64,000 nucleotides of DNA from Dicyema japonicum (Eukaryota; Animalia; Dicyemida), in NCBI GenBank assembly GCA_011109175.1, contig RDEW01000063.1, positions 162,965-226,964 on the forward strand, written 5' to 3'. This document shows, in pieces, positions 11,037-25,089 of the stretch (the stretch's first letter is position 1; each line of letters opens with the position of its first letter). The position numbers and the translations under genes were made by a program. A model generated the notes under the pieces. The model was not told the origin of the DNA and searched no databases. It worked only from the letters and a program-made list of their open reading frames with translations.

Positions 11037-14000
11037 TTATTTATTTTTATTTAATAACCCCGGGAACACCGAGAAAGATAGACAAAAGAGTCAGACAGTT
11101 AGGTGATCCCAGTCCTCGCAATCACTTGTGCCATTCGACGTCTGTGATCCTCCATCGTCCCCACTACTTTCCGGAAGAGCCTTCTCTCGGTCTTGCAGAG
11201 GAATCCGATCGGGGAGGGGAATTTCTTATCCAATCGGTTTTCTCTTGCCATGGGAAGGATTAGGCGAAGCGGATTTCCATCTTCCTCACAGAGGCGAAGA
11301 AATCCGGAGCCACGACTACGGATCTTAGCTTCCATGAGTAGTGGGTCGACTGTTGATCCATTACGTGAGGAAAGCATACTGATTGTTTTCCGGTATATCG
11401 AGTTGATTCTTTGGACCAAAGACTCCGATAGCCCGAATCTCCATGCAACGGAGGCATACTCAATGGCAGGCGCGATTGTTTGTTGGTAGAGTGTAGAAAC
11501 GGAAAAGTCCATGTTCCTCGTGGTCCTCCGAACAAGGGCGCGTATAACGTTAACTTTCTGGAGGCCCCTGGTGATCATGTCTGTTGCGTGGGAGTTGAAT
11601 TTGAGAAGGCTGTCGTACTTGACTCCAAGGACAATGGGGGACTTTGTCACTGGAATCCTAGTGGGACCAATGAAAAGACTCGGTTCATCCTTGGAACGAC
11701 GGTCCGACGTGAATGTGGAACAGATAGACTTGGTTGCAGAAATCGTTAGTCGATTGCCAGCAATCCAATCGTGGAGAATGTTCAATTTTGTCTGAGTTTT
11801 AAGGGATGCGACTTGCGTCGAGCGGTTCCGTATTGCAATGACTACGTCGTCTGCGTAGGATAATAACAGGGAATCTTCGTCTCCATCATTAGGTAGGTCG
11901 TGTAGGAAAAGGTTGAATAGAATTGGTGAAAGTGGAGACCCCTGGGGTACCCCGTTCGGTAGTAATCGTGATCTAGATCTGAGATCACCACTGACTACTC
12001 TTCCACGTCTTCCAGACAAAAAGTTGGCCAGCCATAATTTCACATTCGGACGAATATTAGTAGAAAAATTTTTCCAACCAAGATTTTCCTCGAAACAGTG
12101 TCAAAGGCTTTGTTGATGTCAATAGAAACCAAGATTGTGCGTTTGTGAGGCGGAGGATGGGTGTTAAAACCGTCGGCAATGAACTGCGATAAAGTTGCCA
12201 AGTATGTAGCGGTGGACCTACCGCGGAGGAAACCATGTTGAAATATAGGACGCGGAAGATACGGAATAATGACTGATAATACAAGTTTCTCCATAATTTT
12301 TGACAGTGTGCTGGTAACGGAAATAGGCCTGTAGGATGCAGGTTCTGTCTCTGGTTTCCCAGCCTTCAATATCGGTCTGATGATAGAATTCTTCCAAATC
12401 TTAGGAATAATATTATAGTTAATGGACAGATTGTATATATGCGTGAGGTAGCCAATTGCGTAGTGGCTTAGGTGTTTTAGGTGAATAGAAGATACTTTGT
12501 CAGGCCCGCACGCCCGTGAGCTCTTTAATCTGGTGATCACATCCAAGACTTGGTCATCTGTGAATAGTTCGTGATAAGGTTCCTTCTTCGGTTTATGGGC
12601 ACGCACCTTAATGTCCAGGTGTTTCGAGAATGGTTTGAAGCTAATTCCAGCGTAATGTTTCATAAGGATGTTAGGATGTAGGTGGCATAAGTGTTCAGGA
12701 GAAGACTTTCCGGTTCCGTCTGCATCATCCAGCTCCGACTTGACTTGTTTAAGAGTTTTCCAGAAGTGTCGGGATGTACTTTTCCTGTCGAGGTGGTTAA
12801 CTAGATGCTGCCATCTCTTGTCCTTGTGTTCTTTTATGCTCTGACAGATTCTTTTATTCAGTTGTCTGAGGGCTGTCAAAGACTTCATGTCCAACAGATG
12901 GCATCTCTTCAGCCGGTCTCTTTGTTTTATAAGACTTATTGTATAAGAGCTGAGGGTAGGAATAAACTTCTTGTATGACGATATAGGAATAAAAATATGG
13001 TCAGCTTTCTGAATGGCAGCGCTGATAATTTCTGCGGCCTCGTCAATAGAGCGTATTGGGAAGGATAATCTCCCGGCCAAGAATTTATCCACAAGGTTAC
13101 TGAAACCAGACCAGTCAACCTTCGTATAATCCTTGAATCTTTTTGATTCCGCCGACCGTCTCCTGTATCGTCGAAGACCTCTCAATTTTAGAAGGATTGG
13201 ATTGTGGTCACTGGGAAGCCGTAAAAGACGTTCCAGGAAATGAGTCCAGCCAGAGAAGGTGAGCATAATGTTAAGTCGGGGGATGTGCAGCTATCAGTCA
13301 TCCTTAATGGGGTCCTCGTATGTGAGTTAGGGTTGTTCAGTATAATCAGGTCAGGAAGATAATTTGCAATGAGTTCTCCTCGGTTATCAGAGGATTGGGA
13401 AGTGAGCCAAACGGATGTCGTGCATTAAGATCCCCACATAACAGTAGATTTTTCAATGTTGAAATGCGTGATAAATCAGGGGTGTAAGATGACGGACACG
13501 ATCCTTGTGGAGGAATATATATATTAGCCAAATGGATCCAAAAGGATGGGAATAACTCGATTTTGACAGTAATCTGCTCCAAAGTCTTGTCGGAGCCAAG
13601 AAGCTCCGAGGTTCGTTGGTTGTATCCATAAAAGAATATCGTTCTTTATAATAGTAAGTAGTCCTCCTCCGCGTCCTCCCTGACGATCTTTACGGATCAC
13701 TGTGTATCCGGGAAAAGAGGGTGTTGGTATGGAGGGAGATAGCTTGGACTCCTGTATTAAAGCGAGGTTAGCCTCATTATCGCGGAGGAGTGCCCGGAGT
13801 TCAAAGATTTTCTTCCTGATCCCATTCGTATTCAGTTGTATAATTGTAAAACCTCTCCATGGACCAGGATTGGTTTCGACGTCCCCACATAGAAGAATCA
13901 AAAGTCTGGATAAATGGGGACACCAGAGAGGGTCGAAGACACAGGGATGAAAGGACCACCAGACGGTGGGGAGAAGCTGTTGGCTCTTTTCGTTCCATTT

Positions 14001-14072
14001 TGGAATGGGTGACACCGTTTCTGGTGAGCCACATGACACCACGCTAACATTTTTCAAATCACACACGCTAAC
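11037..14072 (-). mobile_element. Full-length ~3 kb Vingi/Ingi-like LINE (2A-APE-RT, no RNase H seen), frameshifted
   Basis: APE (QLNTNG, LIQESK, GDLNA, LPSDH), RT (YRPIS, QHGF, DINKAFD, GVPQGSPLSP, YADD), TAAA-rich tail, perfect TSD. Confidence 0.85.
13860..13913 (-). other. 2A-like ribosomal skipping (StopGo) peptide
   Basis: LSRLLILLCGDVETNPGP matches D(V/I)ExNPGP, directly upstream of the APE domain. Confidence 0.9.
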
Positions 14073-14084
14073 GTTTCCATAATT
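14073..14084. repeat. 12-bp target-site duplication (right)
   Basis: Identical to 11025-11036. Confidence 0.9.
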
Positions 14085-14530
14085 GATGACCTTAATATAA
14101 ATTTAATTTAATTTTTTTATTTGAATTTATAAATTTGTATTATATTATTTATAATAAATAAATAATATTTTCGATTTAATATTGTTATACCTGGTAATCG
14201 TTCAACATGGCTTTTAAATCTTCTTTTTTCTGCGACTAAATTTCTTAGGATCACCGAAACTATAACGTCTATATTATATATAAATTATTCAAATAAATGA
14301 AGAATCTCTATGGATGGAGGTTGGGTTGTGTAATAGCTCATGAACATACTCTCTATCACAATTGTGTCAATATAAATCAACGTAAGTTGGGTTCATTTTC
14401 AACTTTCAGTTCAGAATAATTTCCATAAAACTCTCTTATATTAATTCTCCATGTTCTCATATAAAATGGGATGCTAACATGTAGCTCTGTCTTATTGTAT
14501 TTAGTTTGTAGCACTTGGATGAGTATATCG
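14085..14530 (-). repeat. Upstream flank of the ZER1-like gene, displaced by the LINE
   Basis: Reverse complement matches about 43555-43982 and 52770-53202. Confidence 0.85.
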
Positions 14531-17053
14531 CTTAATTATTATTAATATTATTATCGCATTCCTTTAATTCTGTAGTCACAAAGTGCTGTCATATGCAGGC
14601 AGAGAATTAACAACGACCAAGATGAGGACTTTGATAGAGCGAATCGGAATCATGAAATAGTTTGTGCTTGGACATTAATTAATAAAATTTTCCATGTCTT
14701 GGTACTTTGAATAAAGATTTATTTTCCATTATATAAGTGATAGTATTGATCCATCGCCCACTTACAAAAATAAAAATCGATTCAGCAGGATTTACTGGAT
14801 TCCAACAAATGGATTTAACACCTAAATTAACTACTGGATTACATGGATGAGAGGCAAGTAACATACTTCTGGAAGATGAGTACATCGGGTAGGGTTGATC
14901 AAATTTAATTATTAAGCTAATATTGTTAAACATAAAATATTGCCAACTCTCAGAAAAGCCGCTAAAACTAGGGTCAACGATTTTCACGTCAAATCATGAT
15001 AGTTCAAAGAAAGCAGCAGAGATCCTGAACAACTATTAATTAAAATTAATTTTAATTTATTCAACCAAAACCACCGTCAAATCTAAAATAACTAAATTTC
15101 AGGTGATCTCAGCTTCCCTCAACAATCTCCGAATCTTTTCTCATTGTTCTGACTCTGTCCTGCGTATTCTTTTGACATGACAAGTCTCTACCGAAATTGT
15201 GCCCGGATGTGTAGAAAGAGCCGTCCAGGGGAACTTCTCTGAATGATCGTTGACAAATGGTTCTTTTGGATACATTTTGAGTTGTATCTTACGTTACCTG
15301 ACATGGCAACCACATGACGAACGTTAATTAAGGGAATTAGAACAGACGAAAAAAACAGAAACTTTAAACAATTAGAACGAAGCACCACATGGCGTTACGT
15401 GGCTTTTTTAATCTATTCCAAAAAAGAAGATGTCGAGGATGTGAACAACTATTTCTACTAAAAATAAAAAGGACGTCCGAGTTCAACTTTCTTGGAAAAA
15501 AATTATTATATTTTTACTAACATTGATGAGTAAATTTAATAAAATATTTATTTAAAAATATAAATTAAAATTTTTTTTAACTGGTCGACCAACATTAATT
15601 TATTATACACGTTGTCATTGGTTCTCGTGGGCTTTGTGGCTGTGTTTTGTATTTTCCTGTACGTTTCTTCAACATTGAAAGTAACAGATTTATCAAATTT
15701 TTATTGGATAAATATTTGATTCATCAATAAATTGTCATTATGTTTTTTTTAATTCTGAAGAAATGATGTGGATGTACAATTCCCTCTCAAAATGGTCTAG
15801 GCGGTGTTCACAAAAACATTATGATTCCTTGTTAATTTTATATTTATTAAAAATCAATTGTTGTATCGAGGATAAAAATACTATGATTTGACTTAATGAT
15901 GTATTCCAGTATTTACTACATTTCCCAACCATTTGAGCCGATACAAGAATTCAATGAACGAATATTCCATTTTTGTTTTAAGAATGTCATAAATCCTCTC
16001 TATTTCTCTATTTTCCTACCATGACCAGATGCTCAAGATAGACATTATTAAGATTAATTGAAAATAGAAAATCCCGTTGCTATTTCTAATGACTCTAAAA
16101 GCTAATTTCTCAGTCAAAATTACAGGTATTCTCATAATATTATTATTTCAAGTTGTACTAGAATGACGTTTTGTGATTGAAATAAGGACTGTTCGAGATT
16201 TTCAGACGAATCAATTCTTCTTGCATTGTGTCGTTACTATATGGAATATTGCTTAGTAATTCAGTAGATTTCCTACAAGAATATTTTTATTAACATTTGC
16301 GCGGGAAAGTACAGATCTCTCAGTAATCAGGATTATTATTATTGAAGGTAAGGGTAGAAAACCTGAAAGGATTATTCAAATACGTATTAGACATATGTGC
16401 TATAGAGGGACGTCACCACCTCAACCAAAAAATAATCATGATTACCTATATAAATTAAAATAAAGAAAATCCGGTAGTGGCCATGATTTCTGCAACTTTT
16501 TTTCCCTGAAGAGTTTCAGGATTTGTCGGTATTAGTCGAGTTATTTTTGTAGTTTTTCCTTTGGCTTTCAGAAAATTTCAATATCTTTTCCTATTGAGGA
16601 TACTTGCGTTTTGGGTGTTCTAATAAGCGAGATGGCTTCATTGTTCCTTCATAGACCCACGCTAAATTAAGTGGATCCTTTGGATTTTGAGTAAAACCAT
16701 ACGATAAATATTTCTTCTTCGACATTCAATTTGAAGTAATGTTCATTATGCAATTTATCCTTGGCTATCAACTTGTATTCCGTCATTGCTCCAACAAGTA
16801 ATCTTCAAGTGAAACTGCTTCTATATGGAGTTATGTTCATTTTCCAATGTATCATGGGATTATGCCAACTGGAATCTGGTCATTTCTCAAGTTCTCTTTA
16901 AATAAAACTGTTTTGTTGCTTTGAGGAACATTATTAATGGCACTTTTACAAGATAATAATATTTACAGCCCCCATGTGCAGCTAACAGACAACCTCAGGA
17001 GGTATCCAAAGAGTCTCCATCGAAGCTTATGATCTCGTGGCTTATTGTTGTAT

Positions 17054-17210
17054 TATTATTATTATAAGCAACTACATAGAATCATATAAACTATAATTCT
17101 ATTCGTGCCGCGTCTGAACAATCCTCTTAATTAGCCTTTCCCATCCCCTCCTGTCCGATGCCAAGTGCCGCAGACTACTAAGGTCTTCACCGACCTTTAG
17201 TAGTCTGGTG
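17054..17210 (-). mobile_element. 5'-truncated RTE-like insertion with 9-bp TSD
   Basis: Near-identical to 35830-35992; (TAA)n tail; ttgttgtat at 17045-17053 and 17211-17219. Confidence 0.8.
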
Positions 17211-18779
17211 TTGTTGTATACACACATATTTTTTAATTGGAAATTTTTTTAATAAAGATATATTTATAATTAAATATATTTTAAATAATTTAGATAATCC
17301 ATTTTTTGTGATGACGGAAGATTATAGGGTCCGTTCTGACGGTGGCTAATTTTCTCTCAGGATGGCCAGCGAGATTTGAGGAAATAACCAAATTTTAGTG
17401 GTAGCCGATTTAAAAAATAAAAAGACGTAAAAACCTGATTGCAGACGAATAAATGTTCCGTTGCCTCTTCAGCAAAGATGTCGAAAAATCCCACTAGAAT
17501 AGCTAGTATTAAGCGGGGGGTTTTGGTTCGGAATCACTTATTTTCGGGGCAACTTGTAGAGGTGGTTTTCTCTTTATGTGTATTGACAAATCTGTTCTCA
17601 ATTTTTTTGATAAGACCATCATTTGTTTACAAGGAGATGTCTCCCTGGACCGCGATATTTTTTACAAGGAATCTGAATAATTTGCAGTCGAACCTTTTCT
17701 GTTGTGGAAGATACAAGGTTTGTTCGAAAGTTAGTTGAAAGAGTGAGATTGTGTTCATGATATCTTTCGTATTTATTTGCAAGAGACAGGGAAATTGGAT
17801 CTTTAAACGGTCCTTAATTGATATCCATAAATAACATGTGTTATCTGCCTGGTATGTTTCTTTGTATACTGCCTCATTTCCAAACGTTTTGAGATAAAAT
17901 ACACTGGGATGTCTCATAAGTGATGTCCTATGGCCCCTAGTTCTAATCTCCTTACTGTGGTCTTGACTCAAAGCCAACCCCTGATCGATGGTTTGTTCTC
18001 AATGTTGAAGTATTTGTATATTATGTTATTTGGGGGAGGATCTATATATTAAGATGAAATTATTCCAAACACCAACTGCAAAACCGAGTTAAATAATCCC
18101 GTGGTCCTGACGCGTTCCAGTTGATCTCTCATCTAGCACAGTGATCCAGAGGAAATTTCTGGGAGTTGCGGTCTAAGCGCAGGTGAAGATGTATTCTTTT
18201 GAATGGCAACGTCCTCTGAATTAAGTGAACATAGATCCCACTAGAATACAATATAAATTTTCAATTAAAAAGAAATTGTAGCACATCACACGTGACAATT
18301 AATTTAATAACCCCAGATTATCGATAAAGTAGTTAAAGTAAACAACTAATTAACTGTATCCAGTTTCACTTCTACAGAAACAGAGTCCATCCGGAATCAG
18401 CACAAAAGGAAACACCTCCAGTGGAGTGGAAAAGAGCAAATTATCCTTTTTCGAGCCGGCCTGGCACTGGGCGTCACCTAGACAGGTGGATCACATGTCG
18501 CCACTCTAATAGGAAGAGAGAGGAGGAACAGACAAGCAAGCAGAAAACTTCAACCAATAAACCACGCAGCACCACATGGCACCACAGGCTTAATCAAAAC
18601 AAATTTAACCTTTTCAATTACTTTCACGATATAATAAACAAAATTTTAAATTAATTTTAATTTGATTTTAAATAATTTTATTTTTTTCAAATAAATTAAT
18701 GGAGTGGTAGGTATTGAAGAAGCTAAGAGAACTCACCCAACTAGTCACACAGTAATATAGGATCATTTGTTACCCCAAT

Positions 18780-19950
18780 CCAAGATGAACGTCTTTCGTC
18801 AGCGGCTCTCTCTGTATTACTCAACTGACCTGATAAGAACGCTTTTAATCATTTCTGGAGGCATCAAACCTAATCCGGGACCTACGAAATCTATTCCATC
18901 ATTCAACTCAACATAGGAAGATAATCGAGGTCAGAACTTTCTCGAAGAAATACGACGTCGACGTGTTCCTACCATGAGACGAAGCTGACATACTCTTCCC
19001 CAACTCCAACGCTTCCGGGATACACTGTTATCAGAAAGGATCGCCAGTTTTGAAGTGGGGGAAGTAGTCATTACCCTCGTCAAAATTGAGATCGGAACAC
19101 AACAACGCCTTTGCATTATGATCCTCCATCTCCCATGGAATACATTAGGATCTCAATTCGAACCAATATTGTAAATATTACAATTTGAACTTTTACATTC
19201 CTCTACCAGCTCCTACCCAAAAAAATTTCCTTCTCCCTTATGTGTTACATCAATAACAACATTTTTGATATGTGCCGACCTCCACACGAAACACGGACCT
19301 GGTACAAAAGCCTTGTCCTCTCTCATGGATAATTTCATAATCCTTAACGACTATCGGATGAACACAAGAACACATCATGACAACAAGACTTCACCTAATT
19401 TCACTTTTGCTACTCCCAACATTACTTCTCCTGGAACTTGTCTGTGATCTATGACTTTAGGTACCACCATAATCCATCAAACAAATTTGGAGTGACTTCA
19501 TAAATGGTTGAACTCAAATTCAATAGAAGGCTATCAAGTTATTCCGCCGAACTATTTTTGAATTGTGAACTAATCCCTCACAAGAAGCAAGCTAGAATGC
19601 TGGGAGTAACATTTGACATCCTTATGGCCTTCAGCACATATGTGTCAAACGTCATTAGTGTTTCGGCACGAATGCTTAAGTTCGTGAAGATGTCGTCTTT
19701 AAATTCAAAAAAATCCTCAAACTGGTCATTTTCCACGTTGTACACCGAATTCATCGAGAAGACTATAAGTGATAAATGTGCACTTGAGGAACAAAACTTG
19801 CTCAATCCAGTATGATAAAAACAATCTCCCAAATCACAGGACTACTGATAAGGGCAACTCTATTGAGGTCATTGTGAGTAGTCGGGAGGCATATTCATTA
19901 AAAATGGAAAACCCCAAGAAGAACAGTGATGTCGGAATCACCTGATAGCC
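18780..19950 (+). mobile_element. Old, internally deleted Vingi-like LINE
   Basis: LLIISGGIKPNPGP (18842-18883), APE remnants (ICADLH, TSPNFTF), RT thumb LGVTFD, ends VGIT*. Confidence 0.6.
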
Positions 19951-22329
19951 TTTTCCTTTTAATTAGTGTTTACCTGGTGATTTTTGGAGAAAGTATTTTA
20001 GTTAAGCACAAGTTCGGGATTAGGGAATCCAATGATGAATTCACATCTAATTCGACATTGTGTAAAATATGAGATGCTTAAAGAGATTTCGGGGTCTCAA
20101 TGTAAGAAAATATTAATTTTATAAAAAGTTTAAAAATTGATTTTGATGATCAATTCAGCGTTAGGGAACCACGTGGAGAGGTCTCCAAACTAAAAGGATA
20201 CGAAATTTTGATTTTGTTCAATAACTTTGGGGACGTGTAATCATGTCTCTTATTTGGACGAGTAAATGTGGCGGTAATCAAATAGCACTCCTAATGTGTA
20301 GTAAATTACAAGTATTATTCTGCTGATCTTAGATGATCTCCCTATGAGCATTACCACGTCGACACCAAAACCTACCTAATAAATTAACACAAAAACAGGA
20401 ATAACGTCAAGTAATCAGGTGATCCTAATCACCAAAACCAACTGTGACATCCAAGGGCTGTGAGCATTCATTGTCCCTACCAATGAGCGAAAGTGCCAGT
20501 TCTCATTCCTGCAGAAGAATTCAATTGGAGATGAAAACCTCTTCGCAGGAATTTGTCTTTAAATCTACAAGTCTTAGTTTCCCTAAGTAAGTGGGCGATT
20601 CAGTTTATGGACACAGGGTGCAAATAGTTGCTCAATTACAACACCAATGAATTTTTGGTGTCTGGAAGATGCGAAAAAAGTTTTAAACACTGACTATTAG
20701 ATGGTCTCCCAGAACAATTGCATTTTTCTTGCATGAATCGATAACGAACTCGCATAAATATCTCCACATGCTTTAATCTGTATGGGAGATATTGTTAAAC
20801 ATTTATGGGATTATCCTTAATGGAATAATGCAGTAAAATTTGGTCCAATGGTACTTATTTTGCATCGAAATCTAACCTCCAGTGTGCACATTTGTAGTTG
20901 AATTGTACTGGAAACCTTCTCCCAGTTAAAGGTTCTCTCTTAGTCTTCAGAAGAATAGCATAGTGGTCGATTGTGAGTTTCAGTTGGAGTTGTGAATGAC
21001 TGACCAGCTCGATGTTGCTGCAAAGCCGGGAGAACATAGCGTGATGTCTGGAAAAGTTAGTGGTCTGACTCCATGAAGGGGGTATATTTTTCCAGTGGAT
21101 AAATTGGACATAGTGTAGTGTTTCTCGCAAGAACCTGGTGAGGCACGTAGATATTCACAAAGGCAATTTTTACATTTGCTGTTGCAGGTGAGATCGCGTT
21201 TACTTAAATAAATTTATTTTAATAAAGTAATAAACAAAAATTTTAAAAATATTTACAAATCGTTTCCTACTATACTGGAGTTATGTTATACATGTCTTCG
21301 GTGGTGCCCAGTGTCAGATTGGCACGAAAAATGACCATGTGCTAAATTTCTCACCAATTTCACAGACTCGGATCATCACAGCATAATCCGGTACTCCATT
21401 TTTTAACTCGAAGTCATTTCCTGGAGTTCCCCAAAAAGTTCAAGTCACCAACATAAGGATAACCAATTCCCGCCACAACGAGGATTTTGAATCTGTTAAA
21501 AAGTATAGCACATGACTCTATAAGAATCAAATGTCTAGCCAATTTTGGTTAGTACTGAGTTTCAGAAAAAAATCCCTCAACACAGGCCATATTTGCTTAC
21601 AAGATCTGGTTTAAGAGGTCGAGACTCTCATTGGCATTGAATTTACTAGCGATTTTTCAAAAAATTGAATAAGGGTATGTCAGCTACCATTCATTCGCAT
21701 CAAACACGTGGAGGAGGTCATGTCTAAAGAGTTTAATTTTTTTTGATTATGCAGTAAAGAAACTATGGAAGTAGGTGGGGACATCTCTGAGACAATGGAA
21801 AATCAGGCTGATTACCTTAGCTACTGAAAGAATTTGGGGGATGTAGAGAAATAGCGTAGACTGTTGTTGTGTCTGAGAAAGGAAGATATTATATTGTAAG
21901 GTTTTAGTTATTGCAGGGGATCACTGTTGTATGAGAAATGATGGATATCTCTTCATTATTGTGGTTATGTCGATACGGATTGTTTGGAGTTAATTGAATA
22001 AAGACCGAGATAGAGAATTATTGAGGACTTTGAGTAAAGTGGGGGATGTCTGACTGTTTTAATCGTATTTTAATAAATGCTGGTCTCAACTTTGTCAAAT
22101 TTATGATTTAATCATCTTTGTGACGAAATTGAGAAATGTATTGTGATACTAAGTCATCGCGTCCCCCATCTTATCCACGTCTCTTATGGTCTAATGATCG
22201 ACGAATGATTTGAATCGTGAGAAAAATGATTTGAATCGTGAGAAAGATAAATCAACTAATTTTCTAAGAGGAACAAATTACCCATATACTACAGTCAGGT
22301 CAATTGATGCAAGTACGATGGGAGGATTA

Positions 22330-22615
22330 AAGTTATTCAAACCATCAGCGATATACTTCGAAACGGACTTTGCAGTTACGTTAGCTGTCATACAAAATCT
22401 TGTTAATCTGTACGAGTTGGTCACATTTTGTGAAATAGGGAGCAATCCTCAGGACATATGCAATCCTATGTATGTTGAGACTGTTTTTCAGGAGAAGTAA
22501 TGCTGTATGTATGTCAAGTAGACAGAAGCGGTTCAGAGTCTCTCCGAGTAACAGTAGTTTTTCACGCATAGCACGTCCTATTGCTTTTATGGTATTGGGA
22601 TCGCCGCTATATTAC
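22330..22615 (-). mobile_element. CRE-like RT C-terminal fragment
   Basis: VLGSP-type segment and HTALLLLKNSLNIHRIAYVLR. Confidence 0.45.
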
Positions 22616-24264
22616 CGTTTACTCTCTTTTTTTTTCTTTGATGAAAAAATCTGTCATTTTCATGATGTTAATTAACACTGACTGCTTGAATGGAGTATTA
22701 TATTTATCAAATTGAATAATTTTTCGTTTTTAAGAATTTTGAATTTTATATCAATCTTAAATCTTTGTAACAACCCATTTGATGCGACAGAGTATTTATT
22801 TAAAATTGTTTAAGCCCATTCTCGAAGAAATAGTTATTGAAACTTTTTTAGGAGTTCCAGAAACTGGAAAAACGCATTAAAATCTACAAAAAATTGAAAT
22901 TAAACGTTAAGATTGTCTGTTTTACCAAATTATTTCATTACCACATTCTAAATATACGACGAGGTAGTTTTATTATAGAATTTGCAAAAATTGACATTCG
23001 TGTAAATTTCTGATTTGAATGTGGCAAAACTTAACGGAGTTAATATTAATCTCACTTAAATGAGTTGTTTTTATAATTTTGCCAGAATTTCTAATTTTCG
23101 ATTTTGTTGAGCAACAGTCTTCTCCTCTAGCGACTTGAAGTTTTATTCCAGAGCCCTGCAAAATAGATAGTTCCCACAGCTCTGCACTTATTCCATCAGC
23201 CATAGACGAATCAGGTCATTTGGATTCGTTCTGTAAACGATCTTTAAATAAAAATTCCGTGTTTCTAAATTTTTTGCGAATTGAACCCTTCTTTGAGTCC
23301 TACTTCATTACAGGCTTCTTATGTCATTTAAAACGAAGTCAACCAAAAAGCCTACCTGACAAGTGACGTGGTTTTCTTCCTTGACTTCAAATAAATTTTC
23401 CTAGGCAGCTACCGCCCTTTATGAAACATTAGAGAAGTAGGTTCTAGAAATTTCAATTAGATAAATCAAAGTCATTATCTGAGCTCAGGAAGAAATCCCA
23501 TTTATAACAACAGTGATGAATGTAGGATGAACATAAAGAATGTGACCATCAATACCGAAGTAATCAACGCAATCGTCCGTGTCCTTTTTTGAGAAAAATT
23601 CGATACGCCTGAATTCCGCAGTGTACTTCGTGCCTTACTTGCTGTCGCAGATTAACTACGACTGAACGAAGTATCAAGTGAAATGAAGAAACTTTCTCAT
23701 TGTCTTTTGTCAGCAGAGCCAGCATCATTATATAATTCAGTAAAAAGAATTTCAAGCACTATTTGGATTTTGACATTTTGTGGGCTCCAGCATATCTTTT
23801 TTAGTGAAAGACGACCATACACTTATAAAATTTTTTTAAACTGATTAATTTGATTGAAAATGAGCATTCAGGACTCTTTAAATGATATAATACTCAAAAC
23901 TTTTTATTATCAATCAACTCTTAAAAATACATCAAATTGAATATTGATTTTTACGCTGTACAACAGATAATCTTCTTTATAGTTTATCAGAACTTGATGA
24001 TTAGGAATTTCCAAAAAAGTCAGTTCTTCCTAGCATGTAGAAAAAAAATAGACTTAGGGTTTAAAATCTCACACTTGAACCTGGAAACCAACTAACACCT
24101 AGGATAAACGAAACAAAAATCTTTTTAATCGTTTGATTTAAGAATGGCTTTATTAAAAAATTTTCATTCATTTTTAATAAATTATATGTAATATTTGTAC
24201 AAAATTAATTGAAAAAATGATTATAATGTTTTATTAATTTTTTATGATAATAAGTAAGAAGATT

Positions 24265-24346
24265 GCCAACATGGCCGAGCGTTCTAAGGCTGCAGCTTTA
24301 GGTGCTGTTATCTTCGGATGCGTGGGTTCGAATCCCACTGTTGGTA
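24265..24346 (+). tRNA. tRNA-Leu(TAG)
   Basis: Acceptor GCCAACA/TGTTGGT, anticodon arm GCAGC-TTTAGGT-GCTGT, long variable arm, T-loop GGTTCGAATCC, downstream oligo-T. Confidence 0.93.
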
Positions 24347-25089
24347 TTTTTCTAATTTTAATTAGATATATTTTTAAAATGTAATTTTATAGTAGATTTT
24401 TTATACAGTTATTTTTTTAAAACCCCCTCAGTTTTTGGATGTTATGATAAGAGTAATGTAGCAAACTCAAAAGAAATTTTTTTTGAAATAAAATAAGCGC
24501 AGTTTCTTCTTTGATACAAACAATTCACTCTTCCAGTGTATTTTGAACTCCTTACCAACGTTAAAATTGCCGATTAAACAATGCGACCAAACAGCATTAC
24601 TTGTCGCTTTAGTGTTTCGAAATCCATTTCCCAGCAATGGGTATTTTCTTTATATCTATTCTCGTGAGATTAAATCACTTGCTGATTTAAAAAGATTTTT
24701 CAGAATCTGCAGAAATCAGAGATATAAATCATTTGATAGTCAGACAGATATATCTTTACTAGTTCCTCAGCTAAATCAATTAAAGAGATTTCTAATTCAA
24801 ACCAACACCGACGTGCTTGTATTTTCACTGAAAGATCTTCGTGATCAGTAATTGTATTAATGACCTCGCTATTGTTGGTACCTATCTTGACGATACTCTT
24901 TGCATCAGATAAAGACTTTAGCTTTATATGACATGTGACGTCGATTGATATGGATATCATGGCCTTATGTCTAAGAACCTCAGAAAGATTCCTACGACAA
25001 GGCAATAATCTGAACTTAGAAACGTGCTCTGTAGTCTGTTAAATTCCCTTCTAAACTGAATCGCTCGGATTAGAAAGATAAGGAGAAGC

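Noticed and set aside
14048-14080. Host ATG supplying the start codon of the LINE ORF
   Set aside because: Out of frame; it stops after 8 codons
22205-22246. 21-bp tandem duplication (also short duplications near 28135 and 63060) as an array or CRISPR
   Set aside because: Only two units, no spacers, eukaryotic context
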